This document shows positions 1 through 9,528 of a stretch of 64,000 nucleotides of DNA, one piece after another (the stretch's first letter is position 1; every line of letters starts with the position of its first letter). The position numbers and the translations under genes were made by a program. The stretch comes from a virus, in the IMG/VR virus record IMGVR_UViG_3300021339_000006, positions 1-64,000 of that record; one strand, given 5' to 3'. The notes beneath the pieces were generated by a model that worked only from the letters and a program-made list of their open reading frames with translations, had not been told where the DNA came from and ran no database searches.

Positions 1-29
1 CTGGTGAATTCAATTCTAGTCCGTGCATA

Positions 30-641
30 TTATGGTTCGGCGGCGTATGCCGCGATGATGTCCGTGTCAGCAGATCCGAAACAAGTAAGCGTCATAAGAG
101 CCACCTTACTGGCAGCAAGCGAAGCCGGCGCCGCTGCACCTACAAACTTCCAAGCCGGAAACGTAAAGGTGCGCAATGAACTGTCGCCAATAATTTTCAC
201 CGTTATCGACTTGGGCGCGCCTCGGTTGGAGGTGGTGAACGTGATGTTGCCTGTGAGAGTGATTGTCCTGAAATTGTCATTGTCAAAATCGAGGGCAGTT
301 GTGCCTGCATAGGTGAGCGTAGAATGTGCGCCTCTGTGGTTGCCGACAAACAACGAAGCGGTGAGCTTGCCTACTGTAATCATGTCCGTCGCTGGATTGT
401 AGGACAGGATAACAGGCTGGCCGGACTCGTTGAGGTAGGTGATTTGGAAGATGCCCAAAGTCACACCAATGCTCACCATGTCCAGCAATCCGCTGCCTTC
501 CACAATGGTAAGCAACTCCGTTTCGAGTGGTGCTCCTGGGATCGCTGCTGCTGGCAACGCGTTGAGCTGCGCGAACGCAGCGTTGAGTTTAGCGCGGGCA
601 GAAGCACCGCTTTCTCCGTCATCAATATCATCTATTGGCAT
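30..641 (-). CDS. putative tail fibre/receptor-binding accessory protein
   Basis: Directly downstream of TipJ; N-terminal DDGESGASARAKLNAAF helix resembles fibre anchor segments; beta-rich C-terminal domain. Confidence 0.5.
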   Translation of the reverse strand: MPIDDIDDGESGASARAKLNAAFAQLNALPAAAIPGAPLETELLTIVEGSGLLDMVSIGVTLGIFQITYLNESGQPVILSYNPATDMITVGKLTASLFVGNHRGAHSTLTYAGTTALDFDNDNFRTITLTGNITFTTSNRGAPKSITVKIIGDSSLRTFTFPAWKFVGAAAPASLAASKVALMTLTCFGSADTDIIAAYAAEP

Positions 642-650
642 TGTGTCTCC

Positions 651-3600
651 TTAATCTTCCCAAACTTCTCCATCGTTCCACGCCCCACCATCGTCCCACA
701 GTCCGCCTGCAAGCAACCAAGTCGGAGGCTCTGGCGCGAGGATCGTCTGTTGCGCGGATACGTTAGTGGAAATCTCGTTTCCCCACACGTCGAAAATCCC
801 AATCCTCCAATACAGATTTGGATGGATGCCGACAACAGCGTAGGGAGCAAACACTTCTACCGGCAGCGCATCGCCCGGATCTACCGCAGTGTGCGTCAAC
901 GTAGGCGCAGTCACCGCAGGATCGAAATCCTCTTCTTCCGTGAACCAAACCTTCAACACGTTTGCATCTGGGTGGACTGGATTCGTCCAAGTCAAATGAT
1001 AGGTGTAAACCGTTTCATCAGAATTGATTTCTGAAAGAGAAGACGCAAGCCCTGTAGGCGCTGGAGGCATAGCATTCTCAAGTTCTATGCTGATAGGAAG
1101 CTCATACGGTTCCAACGCTAGGGTTTCCTCGTCCCGAACGATTGCATCAATTTCAAACAAGTGTTCACGCACCACATTGCCATCTGCCACTGCATCATCG
1201 TAATCGTAAACAAAGGTCAGACTGGTCTGTTCCACAGTGCGCTTGAGCACAGGCGCAGAACCGCTGTTGTCATAAACCTTGATCAGATACTTGTCGATGC
1301 CCGTATCTCCCCACCAGTAAACGCCCCACTCCAATGCCTCCCACGGAACGTTGTTTGTTAATCCGTGGATTGGACTGATGGTTATTGTATCGTAAATCCA
1401 CGGCCCTTGCCCTACAGCACTGAGCGCAGCCACGCGCACCGTTATGTCTCCCGGAGAAACCACAAAACCTTTGCTGGCGGCGCTGGTCGTGCCTACAGGC
1501 TCCCAAGACATTCCATCGTCGTAGGAGATTTCGATGACATAACTCACTGCACCAATTGCAGGCGACCAGGATGCTGTGATGGCGTCCAACCCTGCCCACT
1601 GCGATACGTTCAAAGTATGGATGACTGGCAAATCCGGATCGTCCGGGAATGTCGGCGTGGTCAAAGGTGGCGCAGTTAATGCATCAAACGTATGGATGAT
1701 TGGCGCATTGTTGACCAGTGTGATTTTGACGCGCTCTCCTCCCTGCGGTTCGATCTTAACCACCTTCCCATATTTCACCTGCTGGTCAATGATGCCGAAA
1801 ACAAACATCATCGGTTCCGTCTTTCCAGTAAGCAGAAAGTCAATGTCTTCTTCCGTCGTGATGATCACCTGCTGAGGATCAGACATTTCTTCCACCTCTA
1901 ACGGCCCAACGACCCCTCCGCGTTTGTCCCGCAGAAGCATTTCATAAACACCACTGTCACCAAAATGCAGAGGCTCGGACACCTGGAGCAGGAACTGATT
2001 GCCCGACATTTCTTCCACCGCCACAATGTAGCCAAATTGTGCCCACCTCGGAACATCATGCGCGACTGCTACCAAGTCCCCATAACTGGGAATGAAACCT
2101 TCCATCCCTGTTTCGATCACAATGTTCTCGCGCAGGTAACGTTTGGTTGCCAACAAGAACAGTCCTTCGCGGTAAGCGTGATTTCGATCCTGCACGCCTG
2201 GAATCCGAATGTCCTCTGGATGATCAGAAGTTCCTCCGGGCAACGTGCAAACGACCACCTCCTGTTTGTAACCAGTCGAAGGCTCGGTGTATTCGATTGC
2301 GATGGAATCAAAGTCGTTCGGCTCCCAAAGTTTGATGTCTAGTTGGAACGATCCTTTCACCGTGTTGTCAGGCGTGAACATTGTGACAGGAACAGACAAC
2401 GGTCCATCCCTGCGCATTGTAATCAACGATCCCGACAGCAACGGCACCGCCCTGCCTACGCGCGCAATAGTCTTTGCCGCGTCCCATACTGTAATTGGAT
2501 CACGGAACGTCCAGTCAAAGTATTCGGAACGTCCTGCATATTCTGCATCCAAAGTCTCCAACGAGTCCCAATCGAAGAACACGTCATCAGCCACCCTGCC
2601 ACCATAGGCACTTCGGAACACATCAACGAACGCCCACACGATGGAACGCGTGGCGACTGGATCAGACCAAGTGCCACTGGACTCACGTATGGGCAGCTTG
2701 CGCGTGGCGACCACGTTGAACTTTTCTGCTGTTCTGCTGTTGAGGTTGTTGGTAGCACGGATCTTGACTGCGAGCAGTGTGACATTGCCGTAGTCCGGCT
2801 CCTCTCCAGTAATGAACCCACGCAATCCTTCCCAAACAACTTGATCGTTTCCGACAGCAACGCGGATTCGATCATTTGTCCTACGCATCCTCACCTCGTA
2901 GCGTCCCGGCGTCACGTCCTTCCCAAACGTAATGCGCTGTGGTGTGGTTGTGCGCATCCTAATCTCGTTGTCATCCAGCAAAGAGGAGTAGGACGTAATT
3001 GGGGCCCCGGCATCATCAATGCGTCGATAGACAACTTCCACAAACACCGACCTGGGCTTGAGCCGTCCTTTCTTGTCGCTGACGTAAAGCCCTCGAGGGA
3101 ATACAAGATCTATCTCCAGGCGCTGCGCTTCTGTGCTTGGTGGATTGGCAGGAAACGGCCCGACCCAACCTGGCGCTGCATACTCAATTTGGTTGAGACC
3201 GTAAAGCGTCTGCCCACCAGCTTCCACTGACGTGATAACGTTGGTGGAGAACAATGTTGGCACTCCGCCCGGCTCAATAATTTCGTGCTCGACCTCCTCA
3301 AAGTTTTCAATCGGCGTGTCACCAATGCTGATAGTGTCGATGGCGTAAACGCCTTGACCTATGCACAGGAGTGAATGTTGGAATTGATCGTTCCCTACGT
3401 AGCGATAAAAAGGACGTGACGCCAGCGATGGATAAATCCGGTTCCTGCCATAGTTGCATTCGATCGGCTCTCCCAACCGAATGGCATTCATCTTCCCTTG
3501 GTTAGAAAATACTGGTGAGGACGCTGGAAGCTCACCCGGAGTCTCGGGCGTCTTCATTGTCACTGCCATCACAATGACCAACGCAATAAGGAGGACGATC

Positions 3601-3857
3601 AAAATGATCACCACCCACTCGTATCCAACAACTGCAACGAAGTTGACAACGTCATCCTTTTGAATCAACCGCGTGTTCCATTCATCACGCATCACTGGCT
3701 GTCCGTTAATGATGCAGATGGTGGGCTTTTCAAATTCCACGAAACCTGGCTTGGTAAGCTCTAGCCATTGGCGAATGGTCACGCCTCCAGGGTGATGGTG
3801 CTTCTGCGCATCCTTCAAAGGATGGAACGGATCTACAACTTCAAGGATGAATGCCAT
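651..3857 (-). CDS. tail tip / host specificity protein J (TipJ family)
   Basis: 1068 aa; RLGEPIECNYG, GRYEVRMRR, GNVTLLAVKIRAT, ATRSIVWA motifs; FN3-like C-terminal region; follows DUF1833 and NlpC/P60. Confidence 0.9.
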   Translation of the reverse strand: MAFILEVVDPFHPLKDAQKHHHPGGVTIRQWLELTKPGFVEFEKPTICIINGQPVMRDEWNTRLIQKDDVVNFVAVVGYEWVVIILIVLLIALVIVMAVTMKTPETPGELPASSPVFSNQGKMNAIRLGEPIECNYGRNRIYPSLASRPFYRYVGNDQFQHSLLCIGQGVYAIDTISIGDTPIENFEEVEHEIIEPGGVPTLFSTNVITSVEAGGQTLYGLNQIEYAAPGWVGPFPANPPSTEAQRLEIDLVFPRGLYVSDKKGRLKPRSVFVEVVYRRIDDAGAPITSYSSLLDDNEIRMRTTTPQRITFGKDVTPGRYEVRMRRTNDRIRVAVGNDQVVWEGLRGFITGEEPDYGNVTLLAVKIRATNNLNSRTAEKFNVVATRKLPIRESSGTWSDPVATRSIVWAFVDVFRSAYGGRVADDVFFDWDSLETLDAEYAGRSEYFDWTFRDPITVWDAAKTIARVGRAVPLLSGSLITMRRDGPLSVPVTMFTPDNTVKGSFQLDIKLWEPNDFDSIAIEYTEPSTGYKQEVVVCTLPGGTSDHPEDIRIPGVQDRNHAYREGLFLLATKRYLRENIVIETGMEGFIPSYGDLVAVAHDVPRWAQFGYIVAVEEMSGNQFLLQVSEPLHFGDSGVYEMLLRDKRGGVVGPLEVEEMSDPQQVIITTEEDIDFLLTGKTEPMMFVFGIIDQQVKYGKVVKIEPQGGERVKITLVNNAPIIHTFDALTAPPLTTPTFPDDPDLPVIHTLNVSQWAGLDAITASWSPAIGAVSYVIEISYDDGMSWEPVGTTSAASKGFVVSPGDITVRVAALSAVGQGPWIYDTITISPIHGLTNNVPWEALEWGVYWWGDTGIDKYLIKVYDNSGSAPVLKRTVEQTSLTFVYDYDDAVADGNVVREHLFEIDAIVRDEETLALEPYELPISIELENAMPPAPTGLASSLSEINSDETVYTYHLTWTNPVHPDANVLKVWFTEEEDFDPAVTAPTLTHTAVDPGDALPVEVFAPYAVVGIHPNLYWRIGIFDVWGNEISTNVSAQQTILAPEPPTWLLAGGLWDDGGAWNDGEVWED

Positions 3858-4290
3858 AACGATAAAACTTGATTGTCCTCATTCCACGAAGGCGCAGGCG
3901 CCGGATGCTTTCTGCCGCTACAGCCAAACCGTTCCATGCATGAATCACTTTACCACCATCGTCTTGCGTCCACAGTCCGACATGATGTGGAATTACCTGT
4001 TGACTCATAGCAACCGCGCAGCGTTCCACAGGCTTTGGGATTTCTGTCCATTGCGCAGCAACTTGATTGGCTATCTCTCTCGAAACCGCCAACACATCTG
4101 CGCAACGGAAGTGAGGATGGAGAGGCAGTTCGATTTGATCAATCTCTGAATAAACAAGGCACAACAGTCCCCAACAGTCCACGCCGTTACGATCCCGACC
4201 GCCATCTACAAACGGCAGGCCGATATAGCGCAAAGCCCAATGGACATCTGGACCTCCTGCATACCGAATGATTGTTTTGTCCTGTATCAT
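3841..4290 (-). CDS. NlpC/P60 tail tip protein (lambda gpK-like)
   Basis: YIGLPF..GGRD..GVDCWGL, HVG and IHA motifs. Confidence 0.9.
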   Translation of the reverse strand: MIQDKTIIRYAGGPDVHWALRYIGLPFVDGGRDRNGVDCWGLLCLVYSEIDQIELPLHPHFRCADVLAVSREIANQVAAQWTEIPKPVERCAVAMSQQVIPHHVGLWTQDDGGKVIHAWNGLAVAAESIRRLRLRGMRTIKFYRYGIHP

Positions 4291-4790
4291 CCTAGGGACG
4301 GGAAGCGCGCCCGCGTGTAAAGTTCCGAAGGGAATTTCTCATTCACCAAATCCATAAACGTGGCACGTCCTGAAACCTGCAGATCGGTGATGTGGATGTC
4401 TTTCAAATACAGAACAAGCGGTGGAATCATTTGAGGTGCTGTCAGGTCGGTGCTGAGATATGGCCGATAGATTACTTCAACAGGAACATCCGTTGACTTC
4501 GCTGTGTTGACAAAATCACTCACAGCCCTGTCAATGTTGTCCACTCCAATAGTCAAACTCCGAAACCCTTCCTCGTTCTCTGCCGGCAGCGTGAACTGGA
4601 AGCCAGCCGGCCGATACACTTTTGAAATTCCATTCTCGTCCAATGCAGTAACAGGCAACGGCGCCTTCACAATGTAGATGGGCGCCTGCACGCCTGTCTG
4701 CCGAATCTCCAACGTGTCAATAATGACCTGCTGGGATGGTGCGCTGGCGTATGCCTCTTTGATTGCGTCCTGTAGTGAAGGGTTTGGCAT
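4287..4790 (-). CDS. DUF1833 minor tail protein
   Basis: EAYASA, FTLP, VDN, YRPYLSTDL and RFPSLG motifs; tail tip synteny. Confidence 0.85.
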   Translation of the reverse strand: MPNPSLQDAIKEAYASAPSQQVIIDTLEIRQTGVQAPIYIVKAPLPVTALDENGISKVYRPAGFQFTLPAENEEGFRSLTIGVDNIDRAVSDFVNTAKSTDVPVEVIYRPYLSTDLTAPQMIPPLVLYLKDIHITDLQVSGRATFMDLVNEKFPSELYTRARFPSLG

Positions 4791-4793
4791 AGT

Positions 4794-5546
4794 TCAAGCG
4801 CACTTGGCGTAGAGCACTTCCGAAAAGTAGAACGGAACGGCAGTCCTATCCCACGCCAAACAGATTGCGTTCAATGGTCCGTTGGCACCCTCGTCCACCA
4901 CCTTGTCCGTTGCCAGGATTGCTCCAGAATAATGCGTGTCTCCAGCAGCCAGGTTGATCACGCTTTTGATTGCGTCCAGTCGGTCCTGCAAATCCTCCTC
5001 AATGGGTGACGCTTCCATTGCCTCTACCAACCTTTCGTAGGGCGTGTCCACTGCGTGCGCTGAGGATTTGAAAATAGAACCAATCGACCAGTTCGCATCT
5101 CCGTCTGTTCCCTTGTCAATCAAGAGCACACAGATATACCGATTGGCAGAAGGGAGGTGGCTCATTTTGAAGGCCGTGCTTACCTCTCCAGTTGCTGACA
5201 GCACGTTCCCTACTTTGGTGGTGGCTGCGAAGGAATTGGTAAGATGGTAGTGATTCGTGTCTCTTGTCCATGTCGGCACAACAGTAACGCCTCCAAAGAA
5301 GTTGGAAGTGTTTACGCCCAGCGGGCCATTCGTCAAACCGACTGCTGGATTCGACATCACGCCAGCATACAAACGAGGCGTCCCTGTGATATCGGCACCT
5401 GTGTCACCCATTGCCATCCTCATTCCAATCCGCAGCCTGCTCCAATCGTTTCCAATGGACAGCACGCGCGCAGCGGTTGATTGAGCCAACAACAGCCGAC
5501 TCTCTGCGATTGCGCTAATAGTTACCGAAGCAATAGATGAACTCAT
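4794..5546 (-). CDS. hypothetical virion/tail protein
   Basis: ATGA-coupled to upstream gene; inside tail tip module; no recognised motif. Confidence 0.6.
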   Translation of the reverse strand: MSSSIASVTISAIAESRLLLAQSTAARVLSIGNDWSRLRIGMRMAMGDTGADITGTPRLYAGVMSNPAVGLTNGPLGVNTSNFFGGVTVVPTWTRDTNHYHLTNSFAATTKVGNVLSATGEVSTAFKMSHLPSANRYICVLLIDKGTDGDANWSIGSIFKSSAHAVDTPYERLVEAMEASPIEEDLQDRLDAIKSVINLAAGDTHYSGAILATDKVVDEGANGPLNAICLAWDRTAVPFYFSEVLYAKCA

Positions 5547-6613
5547 GTATCGAATCTCCATGCACCAGCCATACCAGTGCCTCCGTTTAGTGAATCTGTA
5601 ATAGGCGCTTGGTCGTCGTAGGATTCAAAGGTGTCACCCACAACCTCAAACGCAGGATTGGACACAATCCAATTTGCACCGAATCCTGTTCCTGCGAGCA
5701 AAGCCATTGCTGGCGTTCCTTGGACTACATTGCCGACAATGTCACCCACAGGGTAGCAATCGAATTTATCACCACCCACCGCAATGAGATCTGGACTGTC
5801 CAATGTGGTCACCGAACAGGACGCCAAATCAAACACAACAAAATCGTGCTCGTGTGCCAGCAGCGAAGCGTTCTCCCTGATAGGACTGGTGGAAGTGATA
5901 ACGGCCGAAACAGGGAACGTCCCAACGTCATTCGGAGAAACAGTGATCACGATCACAACTTCATCCCCTGCCGCAATGGGATCCAACACACCAGAGAGAA
6001 CATCGCCTTCTTGGATCATTGGCTGGTCGGCTTCAATAAAGGTGAAGCTGTCAGGAAGTGTGATGGTGAAGCTGACGTTCTCCGCTGTAACAAAACTGGA
6101 TAAGTTCTCAATGCGAACTCGAAACGTGTTCGATTGGGATCTGAACATCAAATCCTCAGTCGGCTCCACCTCCAACCAAAGCGTCACCAAGGTGTCGTTG
6201 AATGTTGGTGCGACCTCTTCCTCGTCATTGTTGTGGTTGCTCGGTTGGATTGTTAGCTGCGCGGTGGGCTGTTCTCCTTCAGTAAAGGCATTTGGTGTGC
6301 ATTCCTCGATCCATCCCCAAAACATCACACTCGATCCGTCAGGAAACGAAACCGTAATGATTTGGTTGACCGCCACCTGTTCTCCAATCTGGACCAAACC
6401 TTCAAACGCAAACGCCACTGTTGCTGAGACTGGTGTGAGAGTTTTCAATGCCCTTCCAGCCATCGTGCGCCAAGTGGTGTTGCGCATCGTGGTGGTATCT
6501 ATTGGGCCGCCGGCTGTCATCCCTGGCGGTGTCACCTCTTTCTCGAAGATCGGAAGGTCGGACAGATTTTGAAAAACTAAAGTCGTCGAATGCCCATCCT
6601 CGTATGGTCTCAT
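5543..6613 (-). CDS. tail tube paralog fused to a DUF11/Ig-like domain
   Basis: N-terminal ~135 aa align without gaps to 12769..13212; then TFRVRIENLS..TAENVSFTITLPDSFTF..IAAGDEVVIVITV (DUF11-like). Confidence 0.8.
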   Translation of the reverse strand: MRPYEDGHSTTLVFQNLSDLPIFEKEVTPPGMTAGGPIDTTTMRNTTWRTMAGRALKTLTPVSATVAFAFEGLVQIGEQVAVNQIITVSFPDGSSVMFWGWIEECTPNAFTEGEQPTAQLTIQPSNHNNDEEEVAPTFNDTLVTLWLEVEPTEDLMFRSQSNTFRVRIENLSSFVTAENVSFTITLPDSFTFIEADQPMIQEGDVLSGVLDPIAAGDEVVIVITVSPNDVGTFPVSAVITSTSPIRENASLLAHEHDFVVFDLASCSVTTLDSPDLIAVGGDKFDCYPVGDIVGNVVQGTPAMALLAGTGFGANWIVSNPAFEVVGDTFESYDDQAPITDSLNGGTGMAGAWRFDT

Positions 6614-6999
6614 ATTGTGCAGAGCTTCGCTGTCACCGCCATCAGGTTGTCAGAACGTGCCATCCCGTATTCCGGTTCCAAGAATCGTACCTCCGTATCC
6701 ACTCCAAACAACTCAATCACAAACGGAAGGGAACCATGCTCAAGTTCCTCCTCAAAGAAGGTTCGGAACAAGGCAAACTTGTCGTCCGTAAAGTTCCAAC
6801 TCACATCGTAGATGCTCCACAATGTCTCTGCGTGCCTGCGCGTGCGAGAACGCCCCGTCTCCATCACGGTAATCTCGTTGCGAGGACTAGACAGAATTTG
6901 TGGATTTACCAATGGGAGTGGCAGGCTGTCCGGCCAGTAAATGGAATCGCTGTCCACAACGCGAAGGTAGCTGGGCAATACTGGCAGGACAAGCGGCAT
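6610..6999 (-). CDS. minor tail protein (distal-tail/gpM-like), copy 2
   Basis: WP..LPLP, METGRSRTRR, VSW.F, F..FF...L.HG..PF pattern. Confidence 0.7.
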   Translation of the reverse strand: MPLVLPVLPSYLRVVDSDSIYWPDSLPLPLVNPQILSSPRNEITVMETGRSRTRRHAETLWSIYDVSWNFTDDKFALFRTFFEEELEHGSLPFVIELFGVDTEVRFLEPEYGMARSDNLMAVTAKLCTI

Positions 7000-7015
7000 T
7001 GCCCGCCCTCATTTC

Positions 7016-7048
7016 CGCCCTCAGCCTGACCTAGGCGGCCCTGCAAGC
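7016..7048. repeat. dispersed intergenic repeat, copy A
   Basis: 7016..7036 is the exact reverse complement of 43380..43400; 30/33 match over the extended element. Confidence 0.85.
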
Positions 7049-7188
7049 TACTGCTACACGTGCAGACACTGCGCTTTGCGCAAATAAACAAGGAAGGGCG
7101 GTGCTGAAAAGCAAAACGCCCTCACGTCCTACCGAAGTAAAACGCAAGGGCGAGGCACCGGCGGAGGTAAGCCAACAGTGCCTAAACT

Positions 7189-7392
7189 TTACCGGCCACT
7201 GGGTTGGCTGGCGTCCGAAGCGAAGATCGCCTCAGCCTTTGCGTCCAGCTCTGCGCTTTGCTCAGGCGTCAGTTCCTGAGATTGCTGCGCGTGCTTCTTC
7301 AAGATGTTTGCGACCTCTTTGGCTTTTGCGGCAGCGTCTGCGGCTGCGGCTGCGAGCTCCAAGGCCTTCAATGCCATTGCGAATGTTTCCAT
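7189..7392 (-). CDS. small Ala-rich hypothetical protein
   Basis: 67-aa ORF 4 nt downstream of the lipoprotein gene. Confidence 0.7.
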   Translation of the reverse strand: METFAMALKALELAAAAADAAAKAKEVANILKKHAQQSQELTPEQSAELDAKAEAIFASDASQPSGR

Positions 7393-7396
7393 AAAT

Positions 7397-7897
7397 TCAG
7401 TTCGGGTTGGTTACGGTGTTTGTGGTTGCTGGTGACTTGGTGGTCAGTTGCCTGACGGAATTGACTAGCGACGTCAACGAGGACATGACGCGCGCGATCT
7501 CGTTGGGATCGCCGTTCTTCTTCAGCGCCAACATGTTCGTCGAAAATATTTCCAAGGCTGTCGTTGCGCGTTCGATGTCGGAAGCACCTGGACCAGTGCC
7601 AGCTTTGTATTCTTTGAGCGCCTCGCGACTCTGCTTCCAAGCCGGCGGAAACTCTTTGCGCACCTGATCGACACCGCGGGAGACTTCCACCGGCAACGCA
7701 TGGCGGTTGTTCTTCTCCCAGTCGATTACCAGTTTGTAAATGTCGAGCGTGCTGCCTTGCACGCGCTCCGCATTGACAACCACAGGGTCGTGCCCTTCCG
7801 CAACAGGAACGGGTTTTACAGACCCGCAACCTGTCAGCACAGGAAGGGTAGTGGAAAGAAGTATCAAACAAGCCATCAGTGACATTAAGTATCGCAT
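7397..7897 (-). CDS. lipoprotein (possible spanin-like lysis component)
   Basis: MRYLMSLMACLILLSTTLPVLTG-C signal with lipobox; next to holin-like genes. Confidence 0.6.
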   Translation of the reverse strand: MRYLMSLMACLILLSTTLPVLTGCGSVKPVPVAEGHDPVVVNAERVQGSTLDIYKLVIDWEKNNRHALPVEVSRGVDQVRKEFPPAWKQSREALKEYKAGTGPGASDIERATTALEIFSTNMLALKKNGDPNEIARVMSSLTSLVNSVRQLTTKSPATTNTVTNPN

Positions 7898-7951
7898 AAG
7901 TGCTGGAGCAATACTGCGCTCGTCCTGCTTGCGCAAGCTCTTATTCAGGAA

Positions 7952-7983
7952 GGAAGGCGAACCCAACAACAAGTTCGCCTTCC
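7952..7983 (-). terminator. hairpin, possible intrinsic terminator
   Basis: Perfect 11-bp inverted repeat GGAAGGCGAAC/GTTCGCCTTCC just after the 7990 stop; only a short pyrimidine tail. Confidence 0.5.
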
Positions 7984-7989
7984 CGGCAG

Positions 7990-8424
7990 TTACGGCAATC
8001 GTTTACCAGCCGAATCCACTGAGGCTGGAGTAAGTCCTTTTGTCATCGCGTTATGAACCACCTCACGTATGAACACCGCAAGCGCGCCTGCTTGTGTCAT
8101 GTCCACCCATCCAAGGTTGGCATCCGTCAAAGCCTTCAACCCAAAACCCAAACCCAAACCAACCACTGGAGTCAGCACTGGGATGAGCAGCGATGGGATT
8201 TTGGGTATGATGTATTTGATGAACGTCATAATAAACGGAACCACCACAGCGATCGCCCACTTCCAATAATCCTCCTTCGACGTTGGGATGGCATCGTTCT
8301 GGATGTTGCCAATACCAGGCACGCTGTTGGTGTAGGGGACGTCATTCGTTTGCGCGAAGATGTCCAGTGTGAATAACGCTGCCAACAAGGACAGCCCAAT
8401 AATAACTCTGATGTGTCTTTTCAT
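7990..8424 (-). CDS. holin-like membrane protein with N-terminal signal peptide
   Basis: Signal-like N-terminus plus 2-3 hydrophobic segments; position after tape measure. Confidence 0.55.
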   Translation of the reverse strand: MKRHIRVIIGLSLLAALFTLDIFAQTNDVPYTNSVPGIGNIQNDAIPTSKEDYWKWAIAVVVPFIMTFIKYIIPKIPSLLIPVLTPVVGLGLGFGLKALTDANLGWVDMTQAGALAVFIREVVHNAMTKGLTPASVDSAGKRLP

Positions 8425-8429
8425 AAATC

Positions 8430-8720
8430 TCATTTGAGGATCCACTCTTTCACTGCAATCCACACAAGCCCAACCGAAAACGAAACAGCGACGCAATATG
8501 CGATGATCTTGATCCTATCACTCTCTAAAGAAGAAATCCGTGTGTTGTTAGTTTCCTGACCCTGCTTCAAACCAATGTGACGAGTGGCAACATCCCCATA
8601 GATATCTTTGCGATGCGTGTCGAGAACGTCTGCTATTCCTGGAATGCCACGCAGCTTGTCGCCTACGAGGAGTTCTCGGATTTGCTTAATCTCTTCAAGA
8701 ATGCGTTCCTGATCCGTCAT
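8430..8720 (-). CDS. coiled-coil protein with C-terminal TM helix (holin/antiholin-like)
   Basis: RISSLE coiled coil followed by IIAYCVAVSFSVGLVWIAV. Confidence 0.55.
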   Translation of the reverse strand: MTDQERILEEIKQIRELLVGDKLRGIPGIADVLDTHRKDIYGDVATRHIGLKQGQETNNTRISSLESDRIKIIAYCVAVSFSVGLVWIAVKEWILK

Positions 8721-9151
8721 AAGCTCCCAAAGACAAGCTCCACCTTTTTAGGTGTAAGCGGTTTCAGCATTATAGCAGCGGCTCCCAATTGCAGCGCCTC
8801 CTTGCACTCTTTCGAGTCTTCCGCATAGGCGCCAGAAAGAATAATCACCCAAGACTCTGGTCGGATTTGTTTAATCGCGGCGAGGACTTCCAATCCACTG
8901 CGCCCTCCTTCAAGTTTCAAATCGAGGAAGATCAACTTCACATCAATTGACCTAAACAGCTCGCCTGCATCGACCACCTTCTTTTCCCAAACAACATCAA
9001 TTCCGCGTTGCCTCAAAACATCTTTTGCGAGAATAGCGTCGTCTGGATTGTCTTCGATCAGCAACACTGTGGTAGGTGTCATGCTGCCCAACGACGCGCG
9101 GATTCCTTCAATGGCTTTTCTCTGCTCCTCAGAATTCAACATCGGTCTCAT
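8717..9151 (-). CDS. stand-alone response regulator receiver (CheY-like) protein
   Basis: VLLIEDNPDD, LIFLDLKL (phospho-acceptor Asp), IILSG and MLKP motifs all intact. Confidence 0.9.
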   Translation of the reverse strand: MRPMLNSEEQRKAIEGIRASLGSMTPTTVLLIEDNPDDAILAKDVLRQRGIDVVWEKKVVDAGELFRSIDVKLIFLDLKLEGGRSGLEVLAAIKQIRPESWVIILSGAYAEDSKECKEALQLGAAAIMLKPLTPKKVELVFGSL

Positions 9152-9528
9152 ATTACAATTTGATGCACTAATTGTAACCCGCTCTGCACTTGCCACAACC
9201 CATCCTGATGGACTGCGGAGAAGCCCGCTGTGAAGCGTGCGGCCCAATTAGTCAACTCACTGTTCTTTGGAAAGCGTAATGGAATTTGGAATATGGCTGC
9301 ACCGGTTCCTAGGTTAACCTCATAGAACGTGCGCAGTGCCACAAGCTGCGCATCTTTAAGCATCCAAGTCACAGCCAATACTGGATAAGACATTGTGAAC
9401 CGAGAGCGCCTCACTGAGGCAATAAACGCTGGAGCACTGGACAAGGTGGTGTTGAGAGGCTGCGCAGTGTAATCAACAAGAGGCAAAGGGATCGCAACCG
9501 GCCAAACCTCCTCAATTAGCATCGTCAC
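9148..9528 (-). CDS. minor tail protein (distal-tail/gpM-like), copy 1
   Basis: Immediately after tape measure; WP..IPLP, RRSRF, VTW, FY...L..G...F pattern. Confidence 0.7.
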   Translation of the reverse strand: MTMLIEEVWPVAIPLPLVDYTAQPLNTTLSSAPAFIASVRRSRFTMSYPVLAVTWMLKDAQLVALRTFYEVNLGTGAAIFQIPLRFPKNSELTNWAARFTAGFSAVHQDGLWQVQSGLQLVHQIVI

